NCBI RefSeq assembly: GCF_006345805.1
Contig: NC_043008.1
Coordinates: 4,526,001-4,590,000, forward strand
DNA from: Octopus sinensis
Lineage: Eukaryota
DNA length: 64,000 bases
Direction of reading: 5' to 3'
Below the pieces are notes generated by a model, which was given only the letters and a program-made list of their open reading frames with translations, was not told the DNA's origin and made no database searches. A program made the translations under genes and the position numbers. This document shows positions 12,565 to 24,628 of this stretch, in pieces. Every line of letters begins with the position of its first letter. The stretch's first letter is position 1.

Positions 12565-12885
12565 TCGATTACTTATTTTATTGACCCCAAAAGATGAAAG
12601 GCAAAGTTGACCTTGACGGAATTTGAACGCAGGTTGATGATGATGAACATAAGGACAGATGAAATGCCACTAAGCATTTTGCCCAGTGTGCCAACGATTC
12701 GGTCAAATAATAATAATTTTGACACAAGGCCACTTGACTGGTACTTGATTTTATCATTCTGAAAAGATGAAAAGCAAAGTTGATTTCAGTGGAATTTGAA
12801 CTCAGAATGTAAAGAACCAAAAGAAATACACTAAGCATTTTCTCCAACACTATAATGATCCTGCCATCTCATCACATTAATAGTA
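12565..12885 (-). mobile_element. Two tandem diverged SINE type C fragments
   Basis: gatgaaaggcaaagttgac...gaatttgaac occurs twice. Further fragments lie near 25500, 33250, 34350, 36020 and 56620. Confidence 0.65.
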
Positions 12886-13127
12886 ATAATAATAATAATA
12901 GTTATAATAATAATAATGATAATAATAATAGAGATCTGAAACATTCTATATAAATCTGAAGAAAACAGCTGCAAAAAACTTTAAATGTATCTTTATAATT
13001 AGCTAAAAGCATTGAATATTGCTGTATATTTTTTTCATATTATCATTTGAAATTTATTTAATTATTATTTGAGTTTGTGTTAGTATGTGTATGAGTATTT
13101 TGGAAAATATGTGCTTATACATCTGTA

Positions 13128-13171
<44 letters not shown>

Positions 13172-14269
13172 TGTATATATGAGAGAGAGAGAGGAAGAAA
13201 AGTTAGTCTGTATTTGTGTATTTGGATAGATGTGTTTTTATAATTATATAGTGTGTGTACATATTTGTATAAATAACTGTAAAGCTGCTATTCTTTGAAA
13301 CGTCTATGGCTAAAAACATTACTGCGACATAGATTTAATAGTCTTTCTGACTTTCAGATTTTAATCTTATTGAACTTTTCAAAGAGTACAAAAAAAGATT
13401 TGTTAAATATTTTATCCGTTCTGTTATTATTTAACCCTAGGTCCACTCTGATTAAGCAGATCTGTCATCGCAGCTAGTCATGTGACTACCCTATGCCTTC
13501 ATGTATCTGGGATCTAGGGTATAGCCCAGTATGTCCTTTTTTTGTCTTAAGATAGTAGGGATGTGATTTAAGATAATTTTTCTTCTCCAAGCAGGTTATC
13601 AACAACACAAAAGACCTCCCATTGTTTCACGTTTGTTTATATTATTGAAGGAGTCAGGTGGATAAGCAGGGAGTCAAAGGAGAAAATATATTTCACTATT
13701 TTGTTGAGTCTTGTTATGTACCAAGAGTCAAATCCTGTCAGGGTTGACTCTGCTTTGCATCCTTTAGTGGGTTGATAAAAGAAAATATCGGTTATTACTA
13801 TCTGTTATCATGTTAGCCATAAAAATGTGATACTTATAGTTAAAGACATTCCAGTTATGACCATCTTGTCTATATTTTTACATGGGTTTAGTCAAGCAAT
13901 TTAGCCCTAATACTTATTCTATCAATCACTTTTAAATGGATATAAACAAACTAACACCAGTTATCAAGTGATGGAGGTCCAAATACACACACACACACAG
14001 AGTTTCCAAACAGTTTCCATCTGCCAAATTCACTCACAAGGCATTGGTTAACTCAAGGTTGTAGCAGAAGATACTTGCCCAAGGTGCTGCACTGGAGGGG
14101 ACTGAACCCAGAACTATGTCATTGTAAAGTGAGCCTCTTAACCACACCTATGCATATCTGTCTATACGCAGAATTACATTTTCCATTCCACCCAGTCTTT
14201 TCAAAAGACAGTCATTTGTGATTTGAGGGATATTCACTACTATTTCCAAGACATTGATTTACCCTGTAA

Positions 14270-14570
14270 ATGTTAGATTAGTAGTTTGTATTAAAGACAG
14301 GGAGGGAAATGACATGAAACGGGTGGTGAGAAGGGAGCACATGTGATTTGAGGGTACCTGGCTGGATGAGGAACATTACCAGCCAGAACCAAGGAGTAGC
14401 ACTCAGTTTAGTTGTAGTAGAAAAAGTTAGAGGGACAAGATAGCCTGTCCAGTGGGCAAGAGGATGATATGTGATGCTGAGCAGACAGTGGAATAGCATT
14501 TCTTGAGTAGACAGTAGGATGTGAGAGCAAAACTCCATTGCAGATCTCACCTGAGCTTTGCAGAGAATTA
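14270..14570 (-). mobile_element. Decayed non-LTR RT C-terminal region, same type as 43830-44270
   Basis: The minus strand gives LCKAQVRSAMEFCSHI and a ttctactacaact segment matching the other copy. Confidence 0.55.
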
Positions 14571-15736
14571 ATAATTATTGGCGAAATGAAATATTATTAT
14601 TGGGGTTGGGGAAGTGTGTGTGTGTGGATGTTTGTACATGCATCTGAATGTCGATATTGTTGTTTGGCCTGCAATCCAGTTTCTGTCTCATTGTTGTATA
14701 ATGACAAAGAATTAAATAGAACTAAATTGAATTGAATTCTATGGTGTCACAACGCATTATCATCTCTGCACTTACAATGATGATGTATTATGATGTTGAA
14801 TAGATAAGATAACCAAAGTGAATTCTGCCTCCTGAACAATATTATACTTACCGATATGATTGTTACCATAGACAAAATGCAACTTGCAGAAAAAAAAGAA
14901 AAAAAAAGAAAGGATTCTAAACATCCTTAATATTTGGAGATATTTTGTTTTTCAAAGGATTCCCTTTAGAATTTTTGTCTTTTAGATTTAAACAGAATCC
15001 TTGGATGCAACTGTCATTTTATTATTACATTCTGTTTCTGTTCATTCCTTTATAATACAAAATTCATCAGTTTCGATATATTTGATGATTTTATATAAAT
15101 TTCACATATATTTCACAATATGGTGAAAATATTTTTCGATACTTCTTTGTAAAACCTATTATTTGTATGTCAGAATGTGTTTTAGCTGGCAAAACAATAG
15201 ATATAAACCTGGTGGCTAATGATGATAGGAAATAAAACTGACGTTTATATAAAATTGTTCCCTTATGAATACATTCAATACATTGCTTTCATCATGTATT
15301 ATGAAATCAAATATGCGTATGTATGGATATGGGTGTTGGCAATAGGAAGTGTGTGTGTGTGTGTGTGTGTGTTTTTCAGAAACCCAAAAACTGGAGGTCT
15401 GCTGAGAGGAGAGGGAAAGAGAGAAGGAGAAGGAAGAGTGAGAGAAACATAATAAGACATAAAAGCTAAACAGAAAAGAAATATGATGACAATGGAAAAC
15501 ACAATAGACAGAGAGAGAGAGAGAGAGAGAGAGAAAAAAGTGAAATGTAGATAGAGAGGGAGGGAGGGAGAGAGAGGGAGAGAGTCAGGATTGGGGAAGC
15601 GAGAGAATGGAAGAGAGGAATGTTGTTATTGAGAGGAAGACAGAAAGAACTGGTTTTGTTACAGTCACTTCTTAGCAAGTCAGATGGAGAGAAAAAAGTA
15701 AAAAAGAAAGAAATAGAAAGAGTGTGTGTGTGTGAA

Positions 15737-15805
<69 letters not shown>

Positions 15806-16064
15806 GTGTTTTTCTATCAAAAATCTATCCTTGATATGTAGGATTGTAAAATGTTTCAGTATGCTGTTACATCATGTTATTTGTGAGAAATTTGTATAAC
15901 AAATCTGAAGCTATCTTGTTGTAGTAGAAGTAGTAGTAGTAGTAGAAGAAGAAGTAGTAGAAGTAGTAGTACTCTATAATCATATAATCAATCCAACTGA
16001 AGTAACATTATTGCAAACATTGATAATAACAAACAACAACAAACAAGCTATAACTAAAGAAGCT

Positions 16065-16100
<36 letters not shown>

Positions 16101-16289
16101 GCGTGTGTGTGTGTGTGTGTGTATAAATATGCAAAATATATATTCTCAGTCACTTAAACATCTCAGAACTAAGCTGCAGCCTAATAAGGCAAGTATGTAT
16201 AGAGTCAGACACACACAAACCGTCCAACCCATACCAGCATGGAAAATGGACGTTAAAAAATGATGATATATGTATATATGCACCCTCAC

Positions 16290-16600
16290 ACATATATGTA
16301 TATAAAAAGCTGGCTCTCCATCGGTTCCAACGACAAGGGTTCCAGTTGATCCAATCAATGGAACAGCCTGCTCATCAAATTAACATGCAAGTGGCTGAGC
16401 ACTCCACAGGCACTTAACATAGTTCTGAGGGAGAGGTTAGTCTTTTGAATTACGGGTACAGCTCGTTTTTGCCAGCTGATTGGACTGGAGCAATGTGAAA
16501 TAAAGTGTCTTGCTCAAGGATACAACACACTACCTGAAATTGAACTCAGGACCTTACAATTGTGAGCCAAATACCCTAACCAATAAGCCAGCCACCTTCA
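16290..16600 (-). mobile_element. SINE type D (gtatccttgagcaagacactttatttcac core)
   Basis: tRNA-like head and core on the minus strand. Related 3' segments lie at ~2200-2360, 57240-57440 and 59680-59870. Confidence 0.65.
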
Positions 16601-16675
16601 CACACACACATGTCCATATGTGTGTGTACATGCATACATATATACATGCATATTTACACGCACACACATACACAT

Positions 16676-16830
16676 GTAGGCATGGCTGTGTGGTAAAAAG
16701 CTTGCTTCCCAACCACTTGGTTCCAGGTTCAGTCCCACTGTGTGGTACTTTGAGCAAAGGTTTTCTACTATAGCCTCGGGCCAACCAAAGCCTTGTGAAT
16801 GTGTTTGGTTGATGGAAATTGAAAGAAGCC
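16676..16830 (+). mobile_element. SINE type A 5' half
   Basis: tggctgtgtggtaa (A box) and ggttcagtccc (B box), followed by the body. Confidence 0.8.
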
Positions 16831-17037
16831 ACTTGTATATATATATGTTTGATTCTTATCACTCTCAGTACATGTCCTCAGATTGCACTCTCCTCAGATT
16901 CACACCCAAACACTCAGAAATGTTCATATTGGGGCTTCCAGTGTGAATGCTTAATACCGAATAAGTGATTTCATTTGATAAAAGGACTTGACCTTTGAAA
17001 TTTGTTCTCCATTCTTGCCTATATATATAAATATATA

Positions 17038-17460
17038 TATCATCATCATCGTTTAGCGTCCGCTTTCCATGCTAGCATGGGTTGGACAGTTCAACTGTGG
17101 TCTGGGAAGCCAGAAGGCTGCACCAGGCCCAGTCTGATCTGGCAATGTTTCTACGGCTGGATGCCCTTCCTAACACCAACCACTCCATGAGTGTAGTGGG
17201 TGCTTTTTATGTGCCACCAGCACAGGTGCCAGATGAGGCTGGCAAATGGCCACAATCGGATGGTGCTTTTTATATGCCATCGGCACAGAGGCCAGGTGAG
17301 GCTGGCAATGGCCACAATTGGTTGGTGCTTTTTACATGCCACCGGCATGGAGGCCAGTCGGAGTGGCATTGGCAACAGCTACATTCGAATGGTTCTCTTA
17401 TGTGCCACCAGCACTGGTATCACAGCTACAATTTCCATTGATGTTGATCGATTTTGATTT
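17038..17460 (-). mobile_element. SINE type B with 4-5 internal ~60-bp repeats (ggtgctttttatgtgccacc...)
   Basis: Central motif plus tandem sub-repeats at 17198-17420. Confidence 0.78.
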
Positions 17461-17493
17461 TGATTTTGATTTTATACATACATTTTATATATG

Positions 17494-17544
<51 letters not shown>

Positions 17545-17549
<5 letters not shown>

Positions 17550-18109
17550 AAATAAATATAAGAGAGTGGTCACTATGTGGCTCACTCTAGCACTAGTAAA
17601 TCCAAAAGGTTTCAACCACAAAAATACATGTTTCCCATGAAAGTCAGTACGATTGTTAGCTCACACAAACAGGGCAAATAAAAAATAACAAAAATACAGA
17701 TTATTTTGGGACAATTGTTTCACTATTAATGAATTAAATGTAATTTTACTCACAAAAAACTCACTTGTAGCTCCTCAGCCAAAACTATCTGGATGAAATC
17801 CACTCAATCACACGCTAGATTTTACCATAACGATAAATACACGTGTGGTTCAATTGATTACATCCGACATTATAATTCAAATGCCCCTACCAACAGCGCG
17901 CCAAACTTTCACGGAAACAAATACTACATTTAGAAATAAATGTAGCATAATTATAATTAATTAATAAGGGTGAGAGAATTAGATACTAATTTAATAGTAT
18001 ACCTATTCAACACCAAGTGGCCCAGTGCCCCGAGAAACCTGGATTATTATAATATTTTATAACATATTATAATATTTTATAAAAATAACACCCTTATTAA
18101 TTAATTATA
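17545..18109 (-). mobile_element. Penelope-like pseudo-LTR relic between two (TA)n tracts, with a hammerhead and a terminal inversion
   Basis: Contains the hammerhead at 17704-17784. It shares AAGGGTGA...CACCAAGT motifs with the 604-bp unit and has a 21-bp inverted repeat at 17952-17972/18089-18109. Confidence 0.55.
17704..17784 (-). ncRNA. Type-I hammerhead ribozyme, second sequence family
   Basis: The minus strand reads UUUUGG-CUGAGGA-GCUA...UAGU-GAAAC-AAUU-GUC-CCAAAA. Stem I is a perfect 6 bp, stem II starts with 4 bp, and the stem III loop AAUU is palindromic. Cleavage falls between 17710 and 17709. Confidence 0.8.
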
Positions 18110-18149
18110 TATGTATGTATATATGTATGTATATATATATATATATATG

Positions 18150-18180
<31 letters not shown>

Positions 18181-18294
18181 ATAATTATATATATATATAT
18201 GTATATACATATATGTATATACATATATATATTTATATATATATATACATATGTATATATATATATACACATACATATTTATACATATATATAT

Positions 18295-18325
<31 letters not shown>

Positions 18326-18337
18326 TACATACATACA

Positions 18338-18373
<36 letters not shown>

Positions 18374-19098
18374 TAACTTTATTATTATTATTAAACTGGT
18401 GTTTGGAATATAACATGAATTTTTGCTGAAAGTTTTTAATCTGGATCACTTTTGAACAGGATGTGTGCATCCTAAAATCATCAGGAACAGTCTCAGGTGA
18501 GTTTGCATCAAACAGGTTAAGGAAGAAGTTCATTTCAGCACACCACTTCATCAAACTCCTTACTTCCTTGAGCCAATTAGGAAACCTTAATGTGGTCATT
18601 CAACCTGATAGAAGCAAAAGCCAAATTTGTTTTGCATTGTATTCTAGCATCCATAAAAACTGGTTAACGTTATAACATATGTCTGAATAAAATATGTAAA
18701 AATGGGCTGATTATCAGTCTCTTCATCTAAACTTCTAAAGTACAGGGGCATAAATAAACCAACACTGATTGTCAAGCAGTGGTGAACTAGGGAGCAGGAG
18801 GGACAGACACACACACACACACACACTGTGGGAATGAACCAGAAACCATTTGGCTATAAAATGAGACACTGCATTTATTTGAAGAGCTCAGCCACTGGTC
18901 AATATGGGCCTTGAGTATCCAGAGGAAACTCTTAAAGGACAACATTCCCATTTTGTTTTTGATATTTTGATGATTTTGTTCAGTCAGTTTCCAAAGTATT
19001 GAGACACATTTGAATAATTCTATCAAGAACTCACTCTATGTAAGACATTTTGGTTGGCAGGCTTTGTACATCATTAGATTTTGCATCATCATCTAGGA

Positions 19099-19245
19099 CA
19101 GTGATTCCCAACCTTTTCCCTACCAAGGACCCTTTTTATTTAAATGAGTTTCCCCACAGACCCCGGGATATTGAAAGGTCTGTCAGTTTAACATGTTCAA
19201 GGACACCCAGTACTACTTTTGCAGAGCACAAGTTGGGAACTACTG
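19099..19245. mobile_element. 147-bp hAT (Charlie-like) MITE
   Basis: TIRs CAGTGATTCCCAAC / GTTGGGAACTACTG and a perfect 8-bp TSD ATCTAGGA at 19091-98 and 19246-53. Confidence 0.88.
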
Positions 19246-20962
19246 ATCTAGGATACATTGGGAGCAAACAGACCGTATATGAGCCCCGTCTGACCCCTGT
19301 CAGCATCAGAGAATCAGTGAACGCAGGTGACAGAGGCAGTGGCATCATCATCATCATCATCATCCATGTTGATGATAAGGAAGATAATTAATTGAACAAC
19401 AGTTCTATTAATATAAACTGGTCACTAACTTACTAATATGAGATCACCTATAATATAAATGGGCCAACAAGAGAGCCTGCATTTGGTTGCTCAACTTACC
19501 AGAAGCAGCAGCTAAATCTTTCTCATACTACAGCTGATGTTTTAAAGAGAAATGAGATCCACTGCCAGAGAGAAGAAGAAAAAATGGTTTGGAGTGGAGT
19601 GAACACTGAGAGGCCTTTCATCATTGGTTTGCTTGGTCAGGGCTGATCAGTAACTGCAACGATGATTATAAAGCGTACTAAGTGAATCCTAGTTTGAGAT
19701 TTTGGTTAGTAATTTATTGATGCATATATTTAAATGAAACTGTTTGAACAACTGAGTTGAAACGTTTTAAAATATATATAAAAATGGGGTGTTTTTAGCA
19801 GAACCCATTCTGTTGCAAGTATTCAGATGAGATCTACAGTGTGAGGGTAGCTTTTCTATCCTATTTTTTAACCCCCTCACACACACACACTTGTCTTTAT
19901 TAGATTTTTTTTCCCCCATTTTAATTTTGATAACTTTATTTGATAACATGACTTATATTCTGAAAGGTCAGGTCATTGACTGAAATTGCGTATTCTAACA
20001 CAGGCAGAAGACTTTTGATTGAAATAATAGCCACGCATTGTTTTGCATCGAACCTGTATTAATATGATCATCTGACTATGCAATATGCTTCCATGATCAA
20101 AATGCAATCTTTTTTTTTTTAAATTGCTGATTCATCCAGGTCATTTTTCAAAGATTAAAAGATAGATTATATCAAAGAAAATTATTCAACACTCAAAATA
20201 TAAATTTAAAAACAAAATGTGGCAAATAAACAAGGACAGAATAGGAATTGGATTCAATTACGGCATTTAAATGCATGTTAAATAAAGTTAGTTGCTAAAA
20301 AGAAAATTAAATCAAAAGAATTCGGCTTAATACAGAAATTTGCATCACTATGATAACATTTTCAGTTTAATTTCATCTAATTATCCTTTTCAAAATAAAT
20401 TGCTGAAATTGGTTTAGACAAACATGTTGGAAACGAGAACTTATTTCTTTGATTTGTTTTATTTGGGCAAAAGCATTATTGGTTCTGGCTTTTAATGGAC
20501 CAATCACTAGTTTACTTGCACTAGCAACTTTGAAAAGGAAGCATCTATAACTCTGTGTACAACAAATATTGCAAGGGATCTTGTTAAAAAGGCAGGAGTT
20601 TTTTTGTTTTGTTATGTGTTTTTTTTTTATTGCTGGTGGTTACATCGATTTCCAATGTATCTCAGTTCAAGAGATACTTTGTTGAATACACACACACACA
20701 CACACACAACAGCATCAACCCAGCTTCTATCCACTGAACTCCACTCGAAGGATATAGATCAACTCAAGACACTTGCACATGATGTTGTGCAGCAGGATCA
20801 AACACAAAATGATGCAGTTGCAAAGCAAACGTTTTAACCCCACAACTATTTTTGCCCTCAAGAGATATATCAGAAGCAAATATGTGTTAAAGCTAAAACA
20901 ATCCAGAGAAATGGACAAAGTACATTAGACCCATCTTATACGTGACTTTCAGTGCATACATA

Positions 20963-21864
20963 CAATGGAGTACCCGAAAGTAACTTCAAACGTACTCTAT
21001 AGGACAAGCCCATTGTAATTCACTTGATGCAACTCTCAGGCATCAGTCTGCTGACCGGCGTTGTCCAGTGAAAGGGTCAGGGGTCATACTGCGACATGAG
21101 GTGTCTTTGCTTTACAGTGCTTCTCCCCTGTTCATCGATTTTTGCAATGGCCGAAACAGGGAACAGCGGGCTTCTGTGAAATTCTGTTTTCTGCTAGGGA
21201 AAATGGCAGCCAAAAACAGTCCCTATGCTTCAAACGACTTACAAGGCTGCTGCCAGGAGCAAAACAGAAGTTTATGAGTGGTTTTCACACTTGAGGAATG
21301 GTCACTTATCAATTGCTGACCAACCTCATCCAGGGCAAACATCAACCTCCCAAACGAATGAAAACCTCATGAAAATTCACGAGCTGATCTTAGAAGACCA
21401 TCATCAAACAATTGACAAACTTGTTGACATGACTAATGTCTCCTGGACCGCCTCCCAATGAATTTTGAGTGAGGAATTGTGAATGAAAAGGGTTGCAGCA
21501 AAATTCGTGTCTTCCTTGCTTGCTCACAGAAGATCGAATGCAGTTGTGACTGAACGTGTGTGATGAGCTGAAGGAACAGCTGGGAGTTGATCCGGACCTG
21601 TTTTTGGAGGTCATCACTGGTAACGAAAGCTGGGGCTATGGAATTTGCTGATATGGAAGAGATGAAGGAAAAAAATGATGGAGGCATTAAAAGGTATCAC
21701 TTCACAAGAGTTTCAGCCCTGCTTCCATCAGGGGAAAGCATGCCTGGACCAATGATGCATTGCTTCAAATGGAGAATACTTTGAAGACGATAAAAGTGTA
21801 AACATGCAAAACTAAGTGAATAAAATATAATATTGCAAAATTCTGTTTTTTCGGGTACCTCTTG
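20963..21864 (+). mobile_element. Internally deleted mariner-like element
   Basis: TA-flanked imperfect TIRs (caatggagtacccgaaag / tttcgggtacctcttg). The relic translation EQRASVKFCFLLGK, VYEWF, KRVAAKFV is the mariner N-terminus. Confidence 0.75.
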
Positions 21865-21915
21865 TACATATATATATACATGCACATATGTACACACAAG
21901 CGCGCACGCACACAC

Positions 21916-21948
<33 letters not shown>

Positions 21949-22459
21949 TACATACATACACAACACATACACACACATACATACATTCATACACACACAC
22001 ACACACACCACATACATACATACACAACACATACACACACATACATACATTCATACACACACACACACACACACACATACATACATAGCAAACACCAGCA
22101 TTCCCGTACACCTGTTAACTAGTATTTGCAAGAGTACAGCCTGAGTATCTCGCTCATACTTAATACTCCTTTTGTATTTGCTCTACTAGATATGTGTGTA
22201 TGTCAGTGTGTTGCTGCTGTCCACTTCCTTAAAGGAAACCATTCATACAGCCAAAATTGCAAGCATAAATTAGTTGCAGAATCTGACATACTAAATCCTG
22301 ATACATATATTTTTTATAAACTTTTAAACTCAGATAATTAAATGGTTTCATTTAAATGTCTGCATTAATAAACTGGTAATGAAAAATCTCTTATTAGGAT
22401 AAATTTAGTATCTTTTGTAATTTTTATTGTAGTTGTTGATCCGTCCTGATCAAGCAGAC

Positions 22460-22494
<35 letters not shown>

Positions 22495-23179
22495 CCTCTC
22501 TCTCCCCCCTCTCTCTCTTTCTCAGTGATTCTCATTTCTGTCTAAAATACACTGTAATAAGGGAGTAATTTAGCTGCTGCTTTTGGCAAGTTGAGCGACC
22601 ACATGCAGACACTCTCTTTGGCTCGTTAATTCTATTGATTATCTTATATCAGCAAGTGGGATGTTTATGTTAGAGACCAGTTTATACTAACAGAACTGAT
22701 GTAAAATTCATTATCTTCAACATCATCATCATCATCATCATCAACATGCACATCATTATCTGCATTGACCATTTCTTCTATATTGACATGGGTTAGACAT
22801 ACAATTTATAACATTTTCCCATTATCTCATCTGTGAGTCTATCATCACATCCTCTTCAGCTTTCTCTTCAAATATTTTCTGCTGAATATGTCAGCAAGAG
22901 AGCCTTAACATGGTTACCTGAACTGCTAAGTACAATAGCCAAATCCCCTTAAAATTACACCTTACCTTCTTGAAAAGAGAAGGTATGCTGAATAATGTAA
23001 TGGATTTGCAAAGCCACAAGTGAAAGACAGGATGGCTGAGGCTGGATCACTTTTGTTCATAGATTTGCTCAATCAAGACTAGCCTGGGGCTAAACAACAA
23101 CAACAATCTCTGCTGTATTTTGGTCCATTCCAAATGGAGTGTCTCCTAGTGGTCAGGGCCACAAGCATGACCATGTAGT

Positions 23180-23348
23180 TGTAGGTGCAGGAGTAGCAGT
23201 GTGGTTAAGATGGTTGCTTCTCATAATTTGGTTTTAGGTTCAGTCCCACTGTGTGGAACCTTAAACAAGTATCTTCTACCACAGACATGGGTTGACCAAA
23301 TCCTCATAAGTGGATTCAGTTGAAGGAAACTGATAAATGAAACCCATT

Positions 23349-23384
<36 letters not shown>

Positions 23385-23500
23385 GTATGTTTGTGTCTGT
23401 CTCCCACCACAGCCTAACGATTGGTATTGGTTAGTCTATCTCCCTGTAACTTAGCAGTTTAACAAAAGAGACTAATAGAATAAATACCTACCATGTAGTA
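23180..23500 (+). mobile_element. SINE type A, diverged
   Basis: Head, body and internal (CA)n match the other copies. Confidence 0.7.
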
Positions 23501-23919
23501 GGGTCAATTTGTTCATCTTGGGTCAGAATTGAAGCAGATTTTCTGTCTGGGAGCCCTTCTTATCATCAATCCTCATCTGTTTCCAAATCCAAGCAAGATA
23601 TTTCTTCATTCCTCAACATGTTTCCATGGAAACCTGGTAGTGAAGGGCATCTTTTGTATAACAGTGATGCTCATTTACAGCTATTGCACAATATGACGAC
23701 AAGGATAATCAAATGCACAAACGCACGAATATACAGCCGAGGGAGAGAAGACTTGTCCAAGGTGCCACACAGTAAGGCTGAACACAAAACCATAAGGCTG
23801 GAAAGCAAAGTTCTCAGTCACACAGCTGTGGCTCTGGGTGTATATACTTGTTTCCCTTAAGAGGGGACTGAGAACCAATCCCTGATTAACTATCAGCTCA
23901 GTATTATTATTATTGTGCT

Positions 23920-24190
23920 CGTTAATTCACACCACACTGACAACATCTCTGTTCATGGTTGGTATGGTTCCCACAACCCATTCATCTACTTCAAGCTTCC
24001 TCAGTGACCGCCAGCTTACCGACCGAGGGGCCCTGTGAAAGGCCCTCTCCAGGTCAATGAATGCTAAGCACAGCAACTTACTTTTAGCTCTTGCAATTGT
24101 TTCACCAGAAAGACAGCAAATGCAGCATCTTTCCCAGACACAAAACCAAACTGCACATCATTGAGTCCCACTCAGATTCTCTTCTCTAAT
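23920..24190 (-). mobile_element. RTE-clade LINE RT fragment
   Basis: Minus-strand relic VGLNDVQFGFVSGK..AVFLVKQLQE...LAFIDLERAF (RT domains 2-3). Confidence 0.7.
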
Positions 24191-24349
24191 TGATTGAGTC
24201 ATTAACTCTTCCCACAGATTTCATGGCTGAATCCACCAATGTCATACTTCTCTAATATCTCTCTCTGTAAAAGCATCTCTTTTATTGCGTGTGTGTGTGT
24301 GTGCGTGCTCCAGTATGGCAGCACTCCAATGACTGAAACAAGTACTACA

Positions 24350-24411
<62 letters not shown>

Positions 24412-24576
24412 CTAAATATACAAAATTAAGTAAATGACAAGGAAACTAGAATTCAGTAATAATGTTCTTTAGCCTTTAAACTTTATATTACATTTTCTAT
24501 GTGACTAAATGCTTTATTGCATTATTCTGAAACATGCACATTGAGTTCTAACACCAATTTATATATATATATAAAC

Positions 24577-24628
<52 letters not shown>

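Noticed and set aside
16676-16745. tRNA-like sequence
   Set aside because: It is a SINE head continuing into the SINE body, with no complete cloverleaf.
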